DNA from: Octopus sinensis
Taxonomy: Eukaryota
Direction of reading: 5' to 3'
Assembly (NCBI RefSeq): GCF_006345805.1
Contig: NC_042999.1
Span: 13,764,001 to 13,828,000, forward strand
DNA length: 64,000 nt
Positions 47,987-60,968 of this stretch are shown piece by piece (position 1 is the stretch's first letter; every line of letters starts with the position of its first letter). The notes under the pieces were generated by a model. It worked only from the letters and a program-made list of their open reading frames with translations. It had not been told where the DNA came from and did no database searches. The position numbers and the translations under genes were made by a program.

Positions 47987-48708
47987 CCATATTTTAACTG
48001 GTATAAGGAACCCTTTTTTTGTCAAAAATTATGTTAAAAAATGGGAGTTTCTTATATAATCCCTTACAAAACTTTTTTTCCAAATTTTAAGCGCCAAAAA
48101 TTAGGGGGTTCCTTACACACGTTAAAATACGGTAAAATGGGAGTTTCTTATATAATCCTTTACAAAACTTTTTTTCCAAATTTTAAGCTCCAAAAATTAG
48201 GGGGTTCCTTGCACACGTTAAAATACGTTAAAATGGGAGTTTCTTACATAATCCCATACAAAACTTTTTTTCCAAATTTTAAGCTCCAAAAATTAGGGGG
48301 CTCCTTACACATGTTAAAATACGGTAAAATGGGAGTTTCTTATATAATCCCTTACAAAACTTTTTTTCCAAATTTTAAGCTCCAAAAATTAGGGGACTCC
48401 TTACACATGTTAAAATACGGTAAAATGGGAGTTTCTTATATAATCCCTTACAAAACTTTTTTTCCAAATTTTAAGCTCCAAAAATTAGGGGGTTCCTTAC
48501 ACACGTTAAAATACAGTAAAATGGGAGTTTCTTATATAATCCTTTACAAAACTTTTTTTCCAAATTTTAAGCTCCAAAAATTAGGGAGTTCCTTACACAC
48601 GTTAAAATACAGTAAAATGGGAGTTTCTTATATAATCCCTTACAAAACTTTTTTTCCGAATTTTAAGCTCCAAAAATTAGGGGGTTCCTTACACACGTTA
48701 AAATACGG
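47987..48708. mobile_element. Tc2/pogo-like MITE with its right end amplified seven times
   Basis: TA|CCATATTTTAACTGGTATAAGGAACCC ... GGGTTCCTTACACACGTTAAAATACGG|TA. Confidence 0.7.
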
Positions 48709-48712
48709 TAAA
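48041..48712 (+). repeat. 96-bp tandem repeat, 7 copies
   Basis: ATGGGAGTTTCTTA recurs at 48041, 48137, ... 48617. Confidence 0.95.
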
Positions 48713-49011
48713 TTCAGTCAACCCAACCCCATCCAATATATTCTAACTTCATTGAGTTGTGCTGACAGCCAACACTCCCTCTCCCCTCTGAGCCATCTCT
48801 ACTACCACCCTAACATACTCTCCCCTATCTCATCAGCCATGTCTTCATATGCTATAGCTAAACACTCAGTCTCCCCCTGATCACCCCTACATATTCCTGT
48901 TCGCTTCCCAGCATGATCCTGTTCCTTCCACCCTCCCACCAATTCTGGTCCTTCTGACATGAGCGTTCTTTCTTTAAACCCTTTTCCAATCACTTGTGCA
49001 AATATACACAC

Positions 49012-49380
49012 CGTCGTATATATGTTTACATGTATGTGTGTGTGTATGTTTGTGTGTCTGTGTTTGTCCCCACCAACATCACTTGACAACCGATGTGGGT
49101 GTGTTTACGTCCCTGTAACTTAGCAGTTCAGCAAAAGAGACCGATAGAATAAGTAGTAGGCTTACAAAGAATAAGTACTGGGGGCGATTTGCTCGACTAA
49201 AAGGCGGTGCTCTAGCATGGCCACAGTCAAATGACTGAAACAAGTAAAAGAGAGAGTAAAAGAGTATGCACACACAAAGAATAAGTCCTAGGGTCGATTT
49301 GCTCGACTAAAGGCGGTGCTCCAGCATGGCCACAGTCAAATGACTGAAACAAGTAAAAGAGAGAGTAAAAGAGTATGCAC
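49012..49380 (+). mobile_element. SINE-B 3' half with a duplicated tail
   Basis: CAAAGAATAAGT...GAGTATGCACAC occurs twice. Confidence 0.85.
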
Positions 49381-50199
49381 ACACACACACACACACAAGA
49401 AAGAGAGAGAGAGAGAGAGAGAGATCAAGCATATGGCAATGATGGCGGCAAACAGGAGAGCATTCAAGAATCCTGACAACACATTGGAACAACACCAATG
49501 AAGACTCCACCGTCATAGGAGACAGAAAGGGGATAATGTCAGGGGGCAAACGGATCCCCTTTCTTCGTCTTTCATGCAAAAGCTATTCAGCTCCGGAGAC
49601 TGATCAATATTACAATGCTCCTATTTATAACAATTCAAAACCAGGAAAAGTGGACTATTGAGTACAGGTGTATTTACAATGGACAGAGCACCAGTAAGAA
49701 GATACGAAACATCGATTAACTCTTCAGTTAGTAGTCTCGCGCTCCACTCCACAACAGTGAAGCAGCTGCAACTCTTCAACGATACATATACTCTTAAATA
49801 TATAAGTCAACATGTTCGAATAATGGTTTTCTTCTTCTTCTTTTTATCGTCTTCAGTAAGACGTATCACCTGTTTTTTTTTTTGGGAATCAATATGAAAT
49901 TCAATAAATGTGTACGTGTGAATGTATGCACGTGCACGTATGCACAACAACAGATGCTTATTTATACAGCAATATGTATCAATGTGAACATGTATGCACC
50001 TTGTTTCTGCTTGCAAAATATTGATTGCGAAACATCGCTGAGAAAAGATTTGAAGTCAAAAATGGTGAAGTAGTTTCCTTTTCACATAAGTCGATCTCAA
50101 GCTGCTTGGCATTATAAGGACCTTCTTGAGACTGCCCTTTCGCTGAAAATCTATCAGGTTATTCTGTTGTGTCTGAGGAGAGTCATTTTCTTTTTGTGC

Positions 50200-50508
50200 C
50201 TTACGATATAACACACTCATGGCCAATGCCAGCGCCGCCTCGACTGGCTTCCGTGCCGGTGGCACGTACAAAGCACCAATCCGATCGTGGACGTTGCCAG
50301 CTTCGCTTGGCACCTGTGCCAGTGGCACGTAAAAAGCACCCACTACACTCATGGAGTGGTTGGCGTTAGGAAGGGCATCCAGCTGTAGAAACACTGCCAG
50401 ATCAGACTAGAGCCTGGTGCAGTCTTCTGGCTTCCCAGATCCCCGGTCGAACCGTCCAACCCATGCTAGCATTGAGAACAGATGTTAAACGATGATGATG
50501 ATGATGAC
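50200..50508 (+). mobile_element. SINE-C
   Basis: Consensus match. Confidence 0.85.
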
Positions 50509-50934
50509 TCACCGGTAAAATTTCCCCCCTTTTTTTTATTATTTTTATTTTCCTAGAATTTTTGTTGTGTCTTGCAACCTTTTCAATAGCTGAGTGTATT
50601 ATAAGGCACAAAAAGAAAATGACTCTCCCCAGACACAACAGAATATGCTTCAACACACGAACTCACATAAAGAATCTTGCAAACCAAATCCCAAAACGAA
50701 ATGTATCAGGTTATTTCAAGTTGATTTGTAATTCATATTCAAGCAGAAATGCAACATTTCAGCCTTTTCTCACAAGAAAAACTCGTTAAATCTTGGAAAA
50801 TATGGAGAAACTAGAATTCCAGGCTTACTTCTGTCCTTTGATCAAAGATTGAACTCATCATCATTTGATGTCAATTTTCCATGCTGGTATGGGTTGGAGG
50901 GTTCCAAAGAAGACTGCACCAAACTACAAAATCA

Positions 50935-51168
50935 GCGGCGAGCTGGCAGAAACGTTAGCATGCCGGGCAAAATGCGTAGCCGTATTTCATCTGCTGTTAC
51001 GTTCTGAGTTCAAATTCTGCTGAGATCAACTTTGCCTTTCATCCTTTCGGGCTCGATAAATTAAGTATCAGTTACGCACTGGCGTCAATGTAATCAACTT
51101 AATCTGTTTGTCTGTCCTTGTTTGTCCCATCTGTGTTTAGCCCCTTGTTGGTAGTAAAGAAATAGGTA
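50935..51168 (+). mobile_element. SINE-A
   Basis: Consensus match. Confidence 0.85.
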
Positions 51169-52041
51169 TGGTTTCTCTGACTGGATGCCGTTCCAAATAT
51201 CAGCAACTTTGCAGAGAGTACTAGGTGCATTTTACATGACCCCCAACGCTAGAGAGGTCACCAGGTAACTTGCAAAACTAAACTCCACCTCACCTGAAGA
51301 GGAGAAGTATTATGAGAGGTGCTGCAAGAGGTGCCAAGTGATGAGAGACTAAAGTATGCTAGGGGAACAAGAACAGATATCTTGCTCAAGGGATGATATA
51401 TGATTACCTTAGTTGAAAAAATATAAAGATGGTGGTGAAGATATGTCAGTGCATGCCCTCGAGTTACAGGAAAATGAATATAAATTATATGGGCAGGTAA
51501 ATAAGTTCATATGAATATGAAAGGAGAGTGGGAAATGGTAAATGGATAGAGATGGGGAAACGGAAATGCATTAGACTCTGGACTAATTTCGACAATATTC
51601 AAATCAATTCAGTAGGAAGATCAGTTAACAGTCAAAATGTCTTCATATGCAGGCATTGATAATAAAACATCGTTTTTTTTTGGGGGGGGGGGGAGAAAGA
51701 TAAGTGAAATATAGACATGCAATGTCAGCACAGTATGTTTATAACATTTATCAATAACAAATAACGGTATTGATTTCAACACATGGTTTCAACTCAAAAT
51801 AATTGTAAAACAAATTCAAAATTGAATAATGGAACATGTATTTGTTTTGCAACATTCTTGTTGTGGAATGGTGTGTTGAAACATATATTGTTATATTAGG
51901 GGATGATCATCTTTTTGCCAATTAAACACATGCACTATTTATTTGATCTCCCCTGTAGCTCTATTATTATTATTATTATTATTATTATCATTATTATTAT
52001 TATAGAAAAATAAACTATAAATAATAGTTTCTACTACAGGC

Positions 52042-52074
<33 letters not shown>

Positions 52075-52510
52075 CCTTTCTACTATAGGCACAAGGCCTG
52101 GAATTTTGGGGGAGGGGATCAGTCAATTACATCAACTCCAGTGTTTCACTGGTACTTAATTTATCGACCCGAAAGGATGAAAGGCAAAGCTGACCTCAGC
52201 GGAATTTGAACTCAGAATGTAGCGATGGGTGAAATACCACAAGCATTTCATCCATTGCGCTAACAGTTCTGCCAACTCAATGCCTTAATAATAATAATGA
52301 TAATGATAGTAATCCTTTCTACTATAGGCACAAGGCCTGAAATTGGGGGGGGGGTCAATTAGATCAATCGCAGTACACAACTGGTATTTAATTTATCGAC
52401 TCTGAAAGGATGAAAAGCAGTCAACCTCAGAGGAACTTGAACTCTGAACGTAAAGACAGACGAAATACCGCTAAGCATTTCACCCAGCATGCTAACGATT
52501 CTGCCAGCTT
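52075..52510 (-). mobile_element. Two SINE-A copies
   Basis: Consensus match. Confidence 0.8.
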
Positions 52511-52854
52511 TAACAATAATAATAACAATAATAATAAAGTGTAGATCAACTAAACAGTGTGTGTGTGCTTAATTAGCAAAAGACAACCATCCCCAAGTAT
52601 AATGATAATATAATAATTTCGGTAAATTAAGAGGTTAATTATTTCACGGTGCAGCCAGAAGATAACTAAGGATAGGCCTTCATATGATTGAGGATGGTTT
52701 TCACTTTGAATACTTGAATTCCTAGTGTGTTGTCATGCTCTGCTAGTGTTGCATAACTTTTGTGGTATTTGGTTCATTGACATTTCTATGTACTTTACGA
52801 CTGATGTTATGTAGCTTATGAAGATTCCATCTTTTACCTTTTCCAGTCATTAGA

Positions 52855-53215
52855 ATGCTTACCAACCACATGGTTCAGGGTTCAGTCCCACTGCGTGGCA
52901 ACTTGGGCAAGTGTCTTCTACAAAAGCTTCAGCTCGACCAAAGCCTTGTGAGTGGATTTGGTAGATGGAATCTGAAAAGAAGCTCGTCGTATATATGTAT
53001 ATGCGTGTGTTTGTGTGTCTGTGTCTGTCCCCCCAACATCACTTGACAACCGATGCTGGTGTATTTACATCCCCGTAACTTAGCGGTTCGACAAAAGAGA
53101 CCGATAGAATAAGCACTAGGCTTACCAAGAATAAGTCCTGGGGTCGATTTGCTCGACTAAAGGCAGTGCTCCAACATGGCCGCAGTCAAATGACTGAAAC
53201 AAGTAAAAGAGAGTA
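52855..53215 (+). mobile_element. SINE-B
   Basis: Consensus match. Confidence 0.85.
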
Positions 53216-53279
53216 GAAGAAAGTCGAAAGAATCAACCCGTGTCTTTTACATTTTCTTTTAAAGCCTGTTACTTTTTCT

Positions 53280-53525
53280 ATCAGTACCTTTTGCCAAACT
53301 GCTAAGTTATAGAAACATAAACACACTAACGCCAGCTATCAAGCAGTGGTGGGGGAACAAACACAGAGGTATATATGTGACAAGCCTCTTTCAGTTTCCA
53401 TCTCACAAGGTTTTCGTCAGCCTAAAGCTAAAGTAAAAGACATTTGCCTAAGGTGCCCTGCAGTGGAACTGAACCCAGAAACATGTGGTTGGGAAGCAAA
53501 CGTATCACACAGCCACGCTTACACC
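53280..53525 (-). mobile_element. SINE-B, diverged
   Basis: Consensus match. Confidence 0.65.
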
Positions 53526-53644
53526 TCATGTTCATTTTCAAAATTTTTATATTGAGATTTTAAACATTTTAATCTTTGGTAATTTTCTATTAAATGATTT
53601 AACAAGTTACACAATCAATAACTATTATTTCTGGCCAGCCTCCC

Positions 53645-53850
53645 CTGGCCCCTGTGCCAGTGGCATGTAAAAAGCACCCACTACACTCACAGAGTGGTTG
53701 GTGTTAGGAAGGGCATCCAGCCGTAGGAACTCTGCCAGATCAGACTGGAGCCTTGTGCAGCCTTCTGGCTTTCCAGACCCCAGTTGAACCGTCCAACCCA
53801 AGCTAGCATGGAAAAACGGACGTTAAACGATGATGATGTAGATGATGACA
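53645..53850 (+). mobile_element. SINE-C
   Basis: Consensus match. Confidence 0.85.
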
Positions 53851-54404
53851 TGTGTGTCTTTGTGTTTGTGTTTGTTCCTCATCATCACTTAACAAATGGT
53901 TTTGGTTTGTTTACATCCCTGTAACTTAGCGGTTCAGCAAAACCCCACCGAAAAAAGTATTTAGTTCTGGGGTTGATTCATTTGACTAAAATTCTTCAAG
54001 GAGGTGCCCCAGTATGGCTATAGTTGATTGACTGATGATGATGATGAATAGGCATTTTAAGTGTAGAAACTCAGATTCTTTCCTGTCCTGGTAGTATAGC
54101 ATAGGCATGGCCATATGGTTAAGATGCTCACATCGCAACCATGTGGTTTTGAGTTCAGTCCCACTATACAGCACTTTTTATCTCCTTCAGCCATGTATTT
54201 TCTATACAGCAAGACACTTGTGCTTGTACCTCTGTAATACTTCAGCTTTTCACCACCTGGCGTAAAGACACCCATCTCCACCTTCCCTTTTCAAATACAC
54301 CTCTCTTGGTAGAAAGGGCTTTTTTCCACATTTTGTTCCTGTTCTTTTTCTGTCTTGCAAGTTCACATGGCAAGCTCAATAGTGCTAGTCACACGAAGGA
54401 AAAA

Positions 54405-54597
54405 AAACAAGCACCCAGCATATTCTATAAAGTGGTTGGCATCAAGAAGGGTATCTAGTTGTAGAAACCATGCGGAAAATAGACAATTAGAACTCAAAGC
54501 AGTTCTGCAGCTTGCCAGATTCTGTCAAACCATCCAACCCAATATCAGTATGGAAAGTGAACATGAAATAAGGACGATAATGATGATGATGATGACA
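54405..54597 (+). mobile_element. SINE-C, diverged
   Basis: Consensus match. Confidence 0.65.
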
Positions 54598-54902
54598 ATT
54601 TATTACATTGTATTAGGTACTTTTTTTTCATAGCACCAACATTAATGAGGTTACCATGAAGTTTGTAAGACCAAAATTTCCTTTGACTGAATGGAGTTAC
54701 AGTAGAGAGGGATAGAATGAGTACAAGGGTAAGAAAAGAAAAAAAAAAAGTACCGGGGTTGATTCATTTGACTAAGAAACACTTCAGGACAGTGCTCCAG
54801 CATGGCCACAGTCTAATGACTGAAACAAGTAAAAGACCGAGGCTAAAAGACAACCAAATAAACACAGCTTCAACCGATTCTCCAAAATATAAGACGGGCA
54901 TC

Positions 54903-55197
54903 CTGGCGTTAGGAAGGGCATCTGGTGTTAGGAAGGGCATCTGGCGTTAGGAAGGGCATCTGGCGTTAGGAAGGGCATCTGGCGTTAGGGAGGGCATCTG
55001 GCGTTAGGAAGGGCATCTGGCGTTAGGAAGGGCATCTGGCGTTAGGAAGGGCATCCAGCTGTAGAAACTCTGCCAGATCAAGATTGGAGCCTGGTGCAGC
55101 CATCTGGTTCACCAGACCTCAGTCAAAATCGTCCAACCCATGCTAGCATGGAAAGCAGACGTTAAACGATGACGACGATGATGATCATGATGATGAA
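54903..55197 (+). mobile_element. SINE-C with an internal 19-bp array
   Basis: Consensus match. Confidence 0.85.
54905..55055 (+). repeat. 19-bp tandem repeat (about 8 copies) inside SINE-C
   Basis: Unit GGCGTTAGGAAGGGCATCT. Confidence 0.95.
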
Positions 55198-55808
55198 TGT
55201 GCTTACCTAAGAGATTAACACACATCAGTCAAAGAATTCCTGATCAACAGAAAATGAAAGTGGGTGGATATAAATGGGGAGAGGGGGGTAGGGTGGAGGT
55301 GAGAATGGAATATGGAATGTTACAAAATATGAAGAGAAAAACCAACAAAAAGAAACAAAAAAAAACAAAAGCGAATTACATCTATCTTATTATTCACATT
55401 TCATTAAGTTTCTACATGACAGCAATATTAAAATGCATGAAAAAATTTTTACCTAATGAATTCGTTACATTACTTCTTTCTAAGCAATCTCCTTAACAAT
55501 GCTGGCAACTGTTGTCAAGTATGAAATGATATGATACGATATGATGTATGTTATAGCTTGATATATATATATATATCCCACTCCATATCATGCATGGATG
55601 ATGTCAGAGGTGGAGACAGTGGGTGGAGGAGGAGGTGGTGGTGGGAGAAGAGGTGCGGATGGTGGTGGTGGTGGTGGTGGTTGGTTCTTTGTGTTTGCAG
55701 ATGAAGATAGAATGGAAGAAACGTCACAGACACAGAAAAGAAAAAAAAAATGTAGGTTATCAAATAAAATAAATAAAATACATGTAGTTATCTAAAGTAA
55801 ATATCATA

Positions 55809-55950
55809 TTGGCTGGCTGGTTGGTCGGTTGGTTGGTTGGTCGGTTGGTTGGTTGGTCGGTTGGTCGGTTGGTTGGTTGGTTGGTTGGTTGGTTGGTTGG
55901 TCGGTTGGTTGGTTGGTTGGTCGGTTGGTTGGTTGGTCGGTCGGTGGGCT
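55809..55950. repeat. (GGTT)n/(GGTC) tetranucleotide microsatellite
   Basis: Direct reading. Confidence 0.95.
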
Positions 55951-56039
55951 GGCTAGTGAAATGTTTGTTTCCATTAATTTTCTTTTTTTAATTAGCTTTT
56001 GTTTTTAATTCATGTTTACACTGGCTTGTGTGCATGTGG

Positions 56040-56060
56040 ATATATGTGAGTGTGTATGTG

Positions 56061-56091
<31 letters not shown>

Positions 56092-56144
56092 GTGTGTGTA
56101 TGTGTGTGTGTATGTATGTATGTATGTATGTGTGTGTGTATGTG

Positions 56145-56175
<31 letters not shown>

Positions 56176-56345
56176 TATATATATATATATATATATGTGT
56201 GTGTATGTATGTATGTATGTATGTATGTGTGTGTGTATGTGTGTGTGTATGTACATGAGTGTATGTATGTGAGTATATACATATGTGTGTGTTTGTGTGT
56301 GTGTGCATATACATATATGTGTGTGTGTGTGTGTGTGTATAATAT
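56040..56345. repeat. Compound (TA)/(TG)/(TATG) microsatellite
   Basis: Direct reading. Confidence 0.95.
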
Positions 56346-56900
56346 ATAGGCACAGGTATAGCTGTGTTGTAAAGAAGTTTGCTACCCAACAACATGCTTT
56401 CTTCTTTTGGGTTCAATCCTACTGCATGGCACCTTGGGCAAGTATCTTCAACTACAATACTTCAGGCCAACCAAAGCCTTGTGAGAGTATTTGATAGATG
56501 GAAACCAAAAGAAACCCATTGCATACATACATACAGACGGATAGACAGGTAGGTAGATAGATAGATAGGCTTAGTGATTATATATAAGAAATTACACCAT
56601 GGACTACAGTGGCTTACAGCTGTTTCTGCTATAGGATGCAATGCACTCGTTAATAATTTCTTACTGCCTTGTTACTTATTTAATTTCTTATTACTGCTCT
56701 CTACTCAACTGATGCTTTGTTCTAAAATGTATGTATAGAGTTCTAACACCAGGTTATTAATATTGCAATGTGTCAGCCTCGGCAAAATTTGAACTCAGAA
56801 CATATACACAGGCAAAATACTAGTAAGCATCTTGCCCAGCATTCTAATGATTCTGCTGGCCCAGTGCCTAAAAATAATAATAATAATAATAATAATAATA

Positions 56901-57775
56901 GCCCTGACCCATCAATGGCTAATGGCCTCTGGCTTAAAATCTGAAACAGAGGGGTTTATCATAGTAGCTCAAGATCAATGCCTACCAACATATTAAAGAT
57001 CGGCAGTAGCCCAACGTGTCGTGTATGCCAGCAACAAAATGAAACCAATGATCATGTGGTCTCCAAGTGCAGTCTTCTAGCGCCTACAGAGTATCTCAAC
57101 AGGCATGATAGAGCTGCACAATATATTCACTGGGTAATCTGCAAAAACCTGGATTTGCCCCATGAAAAAAACTGGTGGGAACACAAACCACCCCCAGTGC
57201 TTGAAAATGACCACATCTCACTCCTCTGGAACTTCACCATTCAAACTGACAAAAAGATAGATGCAAATAGGCCAGACATCATAATGAAAGACTTCAGACA
57301 AAGAACATGCCTCCTCATTGATATGACTGTCCCAATCGATATAAAAGTATCTGTCAAGACCTAAAAAACTGAGCAAATATAAAGATCTTGAAATAGAAAT
57401 CAGCAAAATGTGGAACCTGAAGACTAAAACAATACCTGTTGTCATAGGTACCCTGGGAATGATAGCAAAAGGGGCTGATTGCTACCTAACTCAGATGCCA
57501 GGAAGCCCAAAAATGGCAGAAATTCAAAAGATAGTACTCATGGGAACTGCTCATATCCTACGCAAAATACTTTCTATGTAATCTCAAGGTTTAAAACAAA
57601 CATTTAAAAAAAAAATTTTTTTTTTTTTTTAGACATCCACCAGTACAACACAAAAAACAACCAAATATATGGCACACTAGGCATAACAACAACGTGAACT
57701 TCCAACCTGTTGTCTCTTGAGGTCTCCAGGTGAGACTTGGAGCCAACTTGTATAAATATAAAGCAAAAGTCAAAC

Positions 57776-57780
<5 letters not shown>
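56901..57780 (+). mobile_element. R4/Dong-like non-LTR element 3' part (CCHC plus restriction-like endonuclease)
   Basis: CRVCQQQNETNDHVVSKC...RHD...LWNFTIQTD...NRPDII.KD...LID..VP; flanked by (TAA)n on both sides. Confidence 0.88.
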
Positions 57781-57822
<42 letters not shown>

Positions 57823-58669
57823 GTACCAGACAGTGGCTCTCATGGCTTCTGATCTTAACTGATCGGAAGTGTTATCATGTACATTGTTTTGTCTTGGTAT
57901 AAAAGATGGGCTACAGCAAACATTCTGCTCAATACCACAGATTTGTCAGTTGTTTGATCTTAACCAGTAGACCATGTCCTTTACTGGCTAATAATATGCA
58001 CATCTCTGATCACAAGCAGAAGTAGTGGGGGAGCATCATATCCGTGTGTTGAAAGGAATTCTTAGAGGCTTGGATAATTCACCTTTGGAAACATGGGTGT
58101 TTCATTCAACATCCTTAAAAATTCCTTATTCAAGGACCAAGGACCTTTTGAGTGGGATGGGTTACTCGAAAATTCTAACTGGGCCCCACCTGCAAGGTCA
58201 TGTGCTGTTTATCTTGATATGAGATCACCATGTTGTGCACATATGGTTGTGATGCATGTGCCTGGTGTACCTTTATCAGGCAGGTAGTCATGATGGGTAT
58301 ACTGGGCTTCATATGTTTTACCCCAGTGTCACTTTGATGGCATGCACTGCTCTCTCACTCAATAATAATAATAATAAATGTAAATTATTATTTTTGCTAT
58401 TATTACTCTGCATGTATTGAACCTCAAAGTTACTGAGCACAGAGAGGACTTAATATAAACAATACAGGCTTTAAGAGCAGTGTAAACATAAACACTGGTA
58501 TGTAAACAGACATATGCATATATTATATATGCATGCATGCATGCGTGTGTGTGTATTTACTTATGCTGTTATTCTTTTACAGTGTTTCAGTTGTTAGATT
58601 GTGGCCATGCTGGAGCAACATCTTTGTAGAGTTTACTCAAACAAATTGAAAGCAGGACTTAATTTTATA

Positions 58670-59078
58670 CTCTTTACTCTCTTTTACTTGTTTTAGTCAT
58701 TTGATTGCAGCCATGCTGGAGCACCGGCTTTAGTCGAGCAAATCGACACCAGGACTTATTCTTCGTAAGCCTAGTACTTATTCTATCGGCCACTTTTGCT
58801 GAACCGCTAAGTAACGGGGACGTAAACACACCACCATCGGCTGTCAAGGGATGTTGGTGGGGACAAACACAGACACACAAACATACACACATACATATAT
58901 ATACATATACATGACGTGCTTCTTTCAGTTTCCGTCTACCAAATCCACTCACAAGGCTTTGGTCGGCTCGAGGCTATAGTAAAAGACACTTGCCCACGGT
59001 GCCACACAGTGGGACTGAACCCGGAACCATGTGGTTGGTAAGCAAGCTACTTACCACACAGCCACTCCTGCGCCTATA
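58670..59078 (-). mobile_element. SINE-B, full length
   Basis: Consensus match. Confidence 0.9.
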
Positions 59079-59389
59079 TGTCCGATTACTATTTGCATTG
59101 GCCTCTTTTTCACTGAATTGCCAAGTTACAGGGATGTAACCAAACCAACACTGGTTGTCAAATGGAGTGGGGGGGGGACTAACAAGCTTAAACACACACA
59201 CACCATCATCATCATCATAATTTAACATCAGTTTTTAATGCTGGCATAGGTTAAATTGTTTGACAGGTTTTAGCAAGCAACAGAGCTGCATGAAGCTCCA
59301 GAGTCAGCTTTAACGTGGTTTCTATGGTTGGACGCCTTTCCTAATGCCAACCACTTCATAGTGTATACTTGGTGTTTTTTGTCTTCTTC

Positions 59390-60215
59390 ATTACCTCCAC
59401 CTTAGCGAAGGCAGAGGTTTTGTTTTCAGCCGTGTTTGTTTGACCATGGACAAGATATCTCAAGAACCACTGGATGGATTCGGTTGAAACTTGCAAGGAT
59501 GTTTGGCCTCATGACTGGCACAAACTGATTAAATATTGGGATCAATCCAGTACCGGACAAGGATTCTGGATTATTTTTCTGGTTTTTTTACTTACCGTAA
59601 ATCCTTGAGTATAGTCAGCCCTTCAGTATAATACGCAGGGGATTTTTAGTGGGCTGCACTTCTTTAAAACTTAAACATTGTATATAATACGCACCCCTTC
59701 TCTAACTTGAGTCAAGGAGGTCTATATAACGTCCTTGGTTTGTAAAAATGTATATGGTAACGTCCTTTATTATTATTGCATATATAACATAATGCAATCG
59801 TGTAGCATTTTTGTGCATTTTGTTTGCAGAAAATAAAGAAATAACAGTAATAACGTTTAATAAATGTTGCTAACTGCAAGTTATGGATGATTTAAGGTAT
59901 TTTCGTGCCTGACATCACAAAATGCAACTGAATAAACATTGCCAGACAGCAAATAGAGACTTGGACATTGCTTAGAAAATAATTTTCATTTCTAACCTCG
60001 TATATAGGGATTTTGATCTTTAAATTTTGGGAAAAAGATGAGGATTATACTCGAAGATTTACAGTAATTTTTGAGAGCGGTTGGATTCATTTTTAGTATT
60101 CTCATTTGTGAGAGCAGTGAAGTTTATTTCAGATATTCTCATTTTAAAAATCACCTCTGGCTAATAATTGAGAGGACGTTGGTGTTTCCTTGGTGGAGGT
60201 TTGTGCTCTTGTTTG
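59390..60215 (+). mobile_element. Non-autonomous Helentron-associated (HINE/DINE-like) element
   Basis: ATTACCTCCACC...GGCAGAGGTTTTG start and CCTTGGTGGAGGTTTGTGCTCT end (short inverted sub-termini). Confidence 0.55.
59595..60064. mobile_element. Tc2/pogo-like MITE nested in a Helentron-like element
   Basis: TA|CCGTAAATCCTTGAGTATAGTC ... GATTATACTCGAAGATTTACAG|TA. Confidence 0.7.
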
Positions 60216-60319
60216 TTTTGTCTTTGTGCCACAGATACTATGGAGGTAATTTGCAAAATAGGAAAAGAACTAGAAAGGAAAAAAAAACCCCACTTGATAA
60301 GTATATACTCTTTAAATCT

Positions 60320-60560
60320 TTTAATTGTTTCAGTCATTTGAGAGTGGCCATGCTGGAGCACTGCCTCATAGGGTTTTAGTCAAAATAATCGACCCCAGGA
60401 CTTATTCTTTGTAAGCCTAGTACTTATTCTATCAGTCTTTTTTGCTGGACCACTAAATTACAGGGGACATAAATACCAACACTGGTTGTGAAGCGGTGAT
60501 AGTGGGGGACAAACACAGACACACACACACACACACATGTACAACAGGCTTCTTATTTCT
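60320..60560 (-). mobile_element. SINE-B 3' half; SINE-A inserted at 60562-60786
   Basis: Consensus match; remainder of SINE-B at about 60795-60830. Confidence 0.75.
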
Positions 60561-60933
60561 TTACTGCCCACAAGAGGCTACACAAAAAGGGGACAAACAA
60601 GGACAGATAAACGAATTAAGTCAATTATATTGACCCCAGTGTGTAACTGGTACTTATTTAAATGACCCTGAAAGGATGAAAGGCAAAGTCGACCTCGGTG
60701 GAATTTGAACTCAGAACAAAGTGGGAGACGAAATACTGCTAAGCATTTCGCCCGACATGCTAGCGTTTCTGCCAGCTCACCACCTTTTAATGTACAACAG
60801 GCTTCTTTCAGTTTCTTTCTACCAAATCCACTTGTCCATCTTCCATGCATGCATGGCCAACCAGGTAGAAGACTACCCCAGGCTACTGTGTCTGTTTTGG
60901 CGGGATTTCTATGGCTGGATGCCCTTCCTAACA

Positions 60934-60968
<35 letters not shown>

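Noticed and set aside
48041-48880. 279-aa ORF as a real host protein
   Set aside because: It is entirely a 96-bp MITE-end tandem repeat plus low-complexity run-through; there is no domain similarity I recognise.
49695-49730. GAAACATCGAT motif as a ribozyme
   Set aside because: There is no CUGANGA at the correct position on the same strand.
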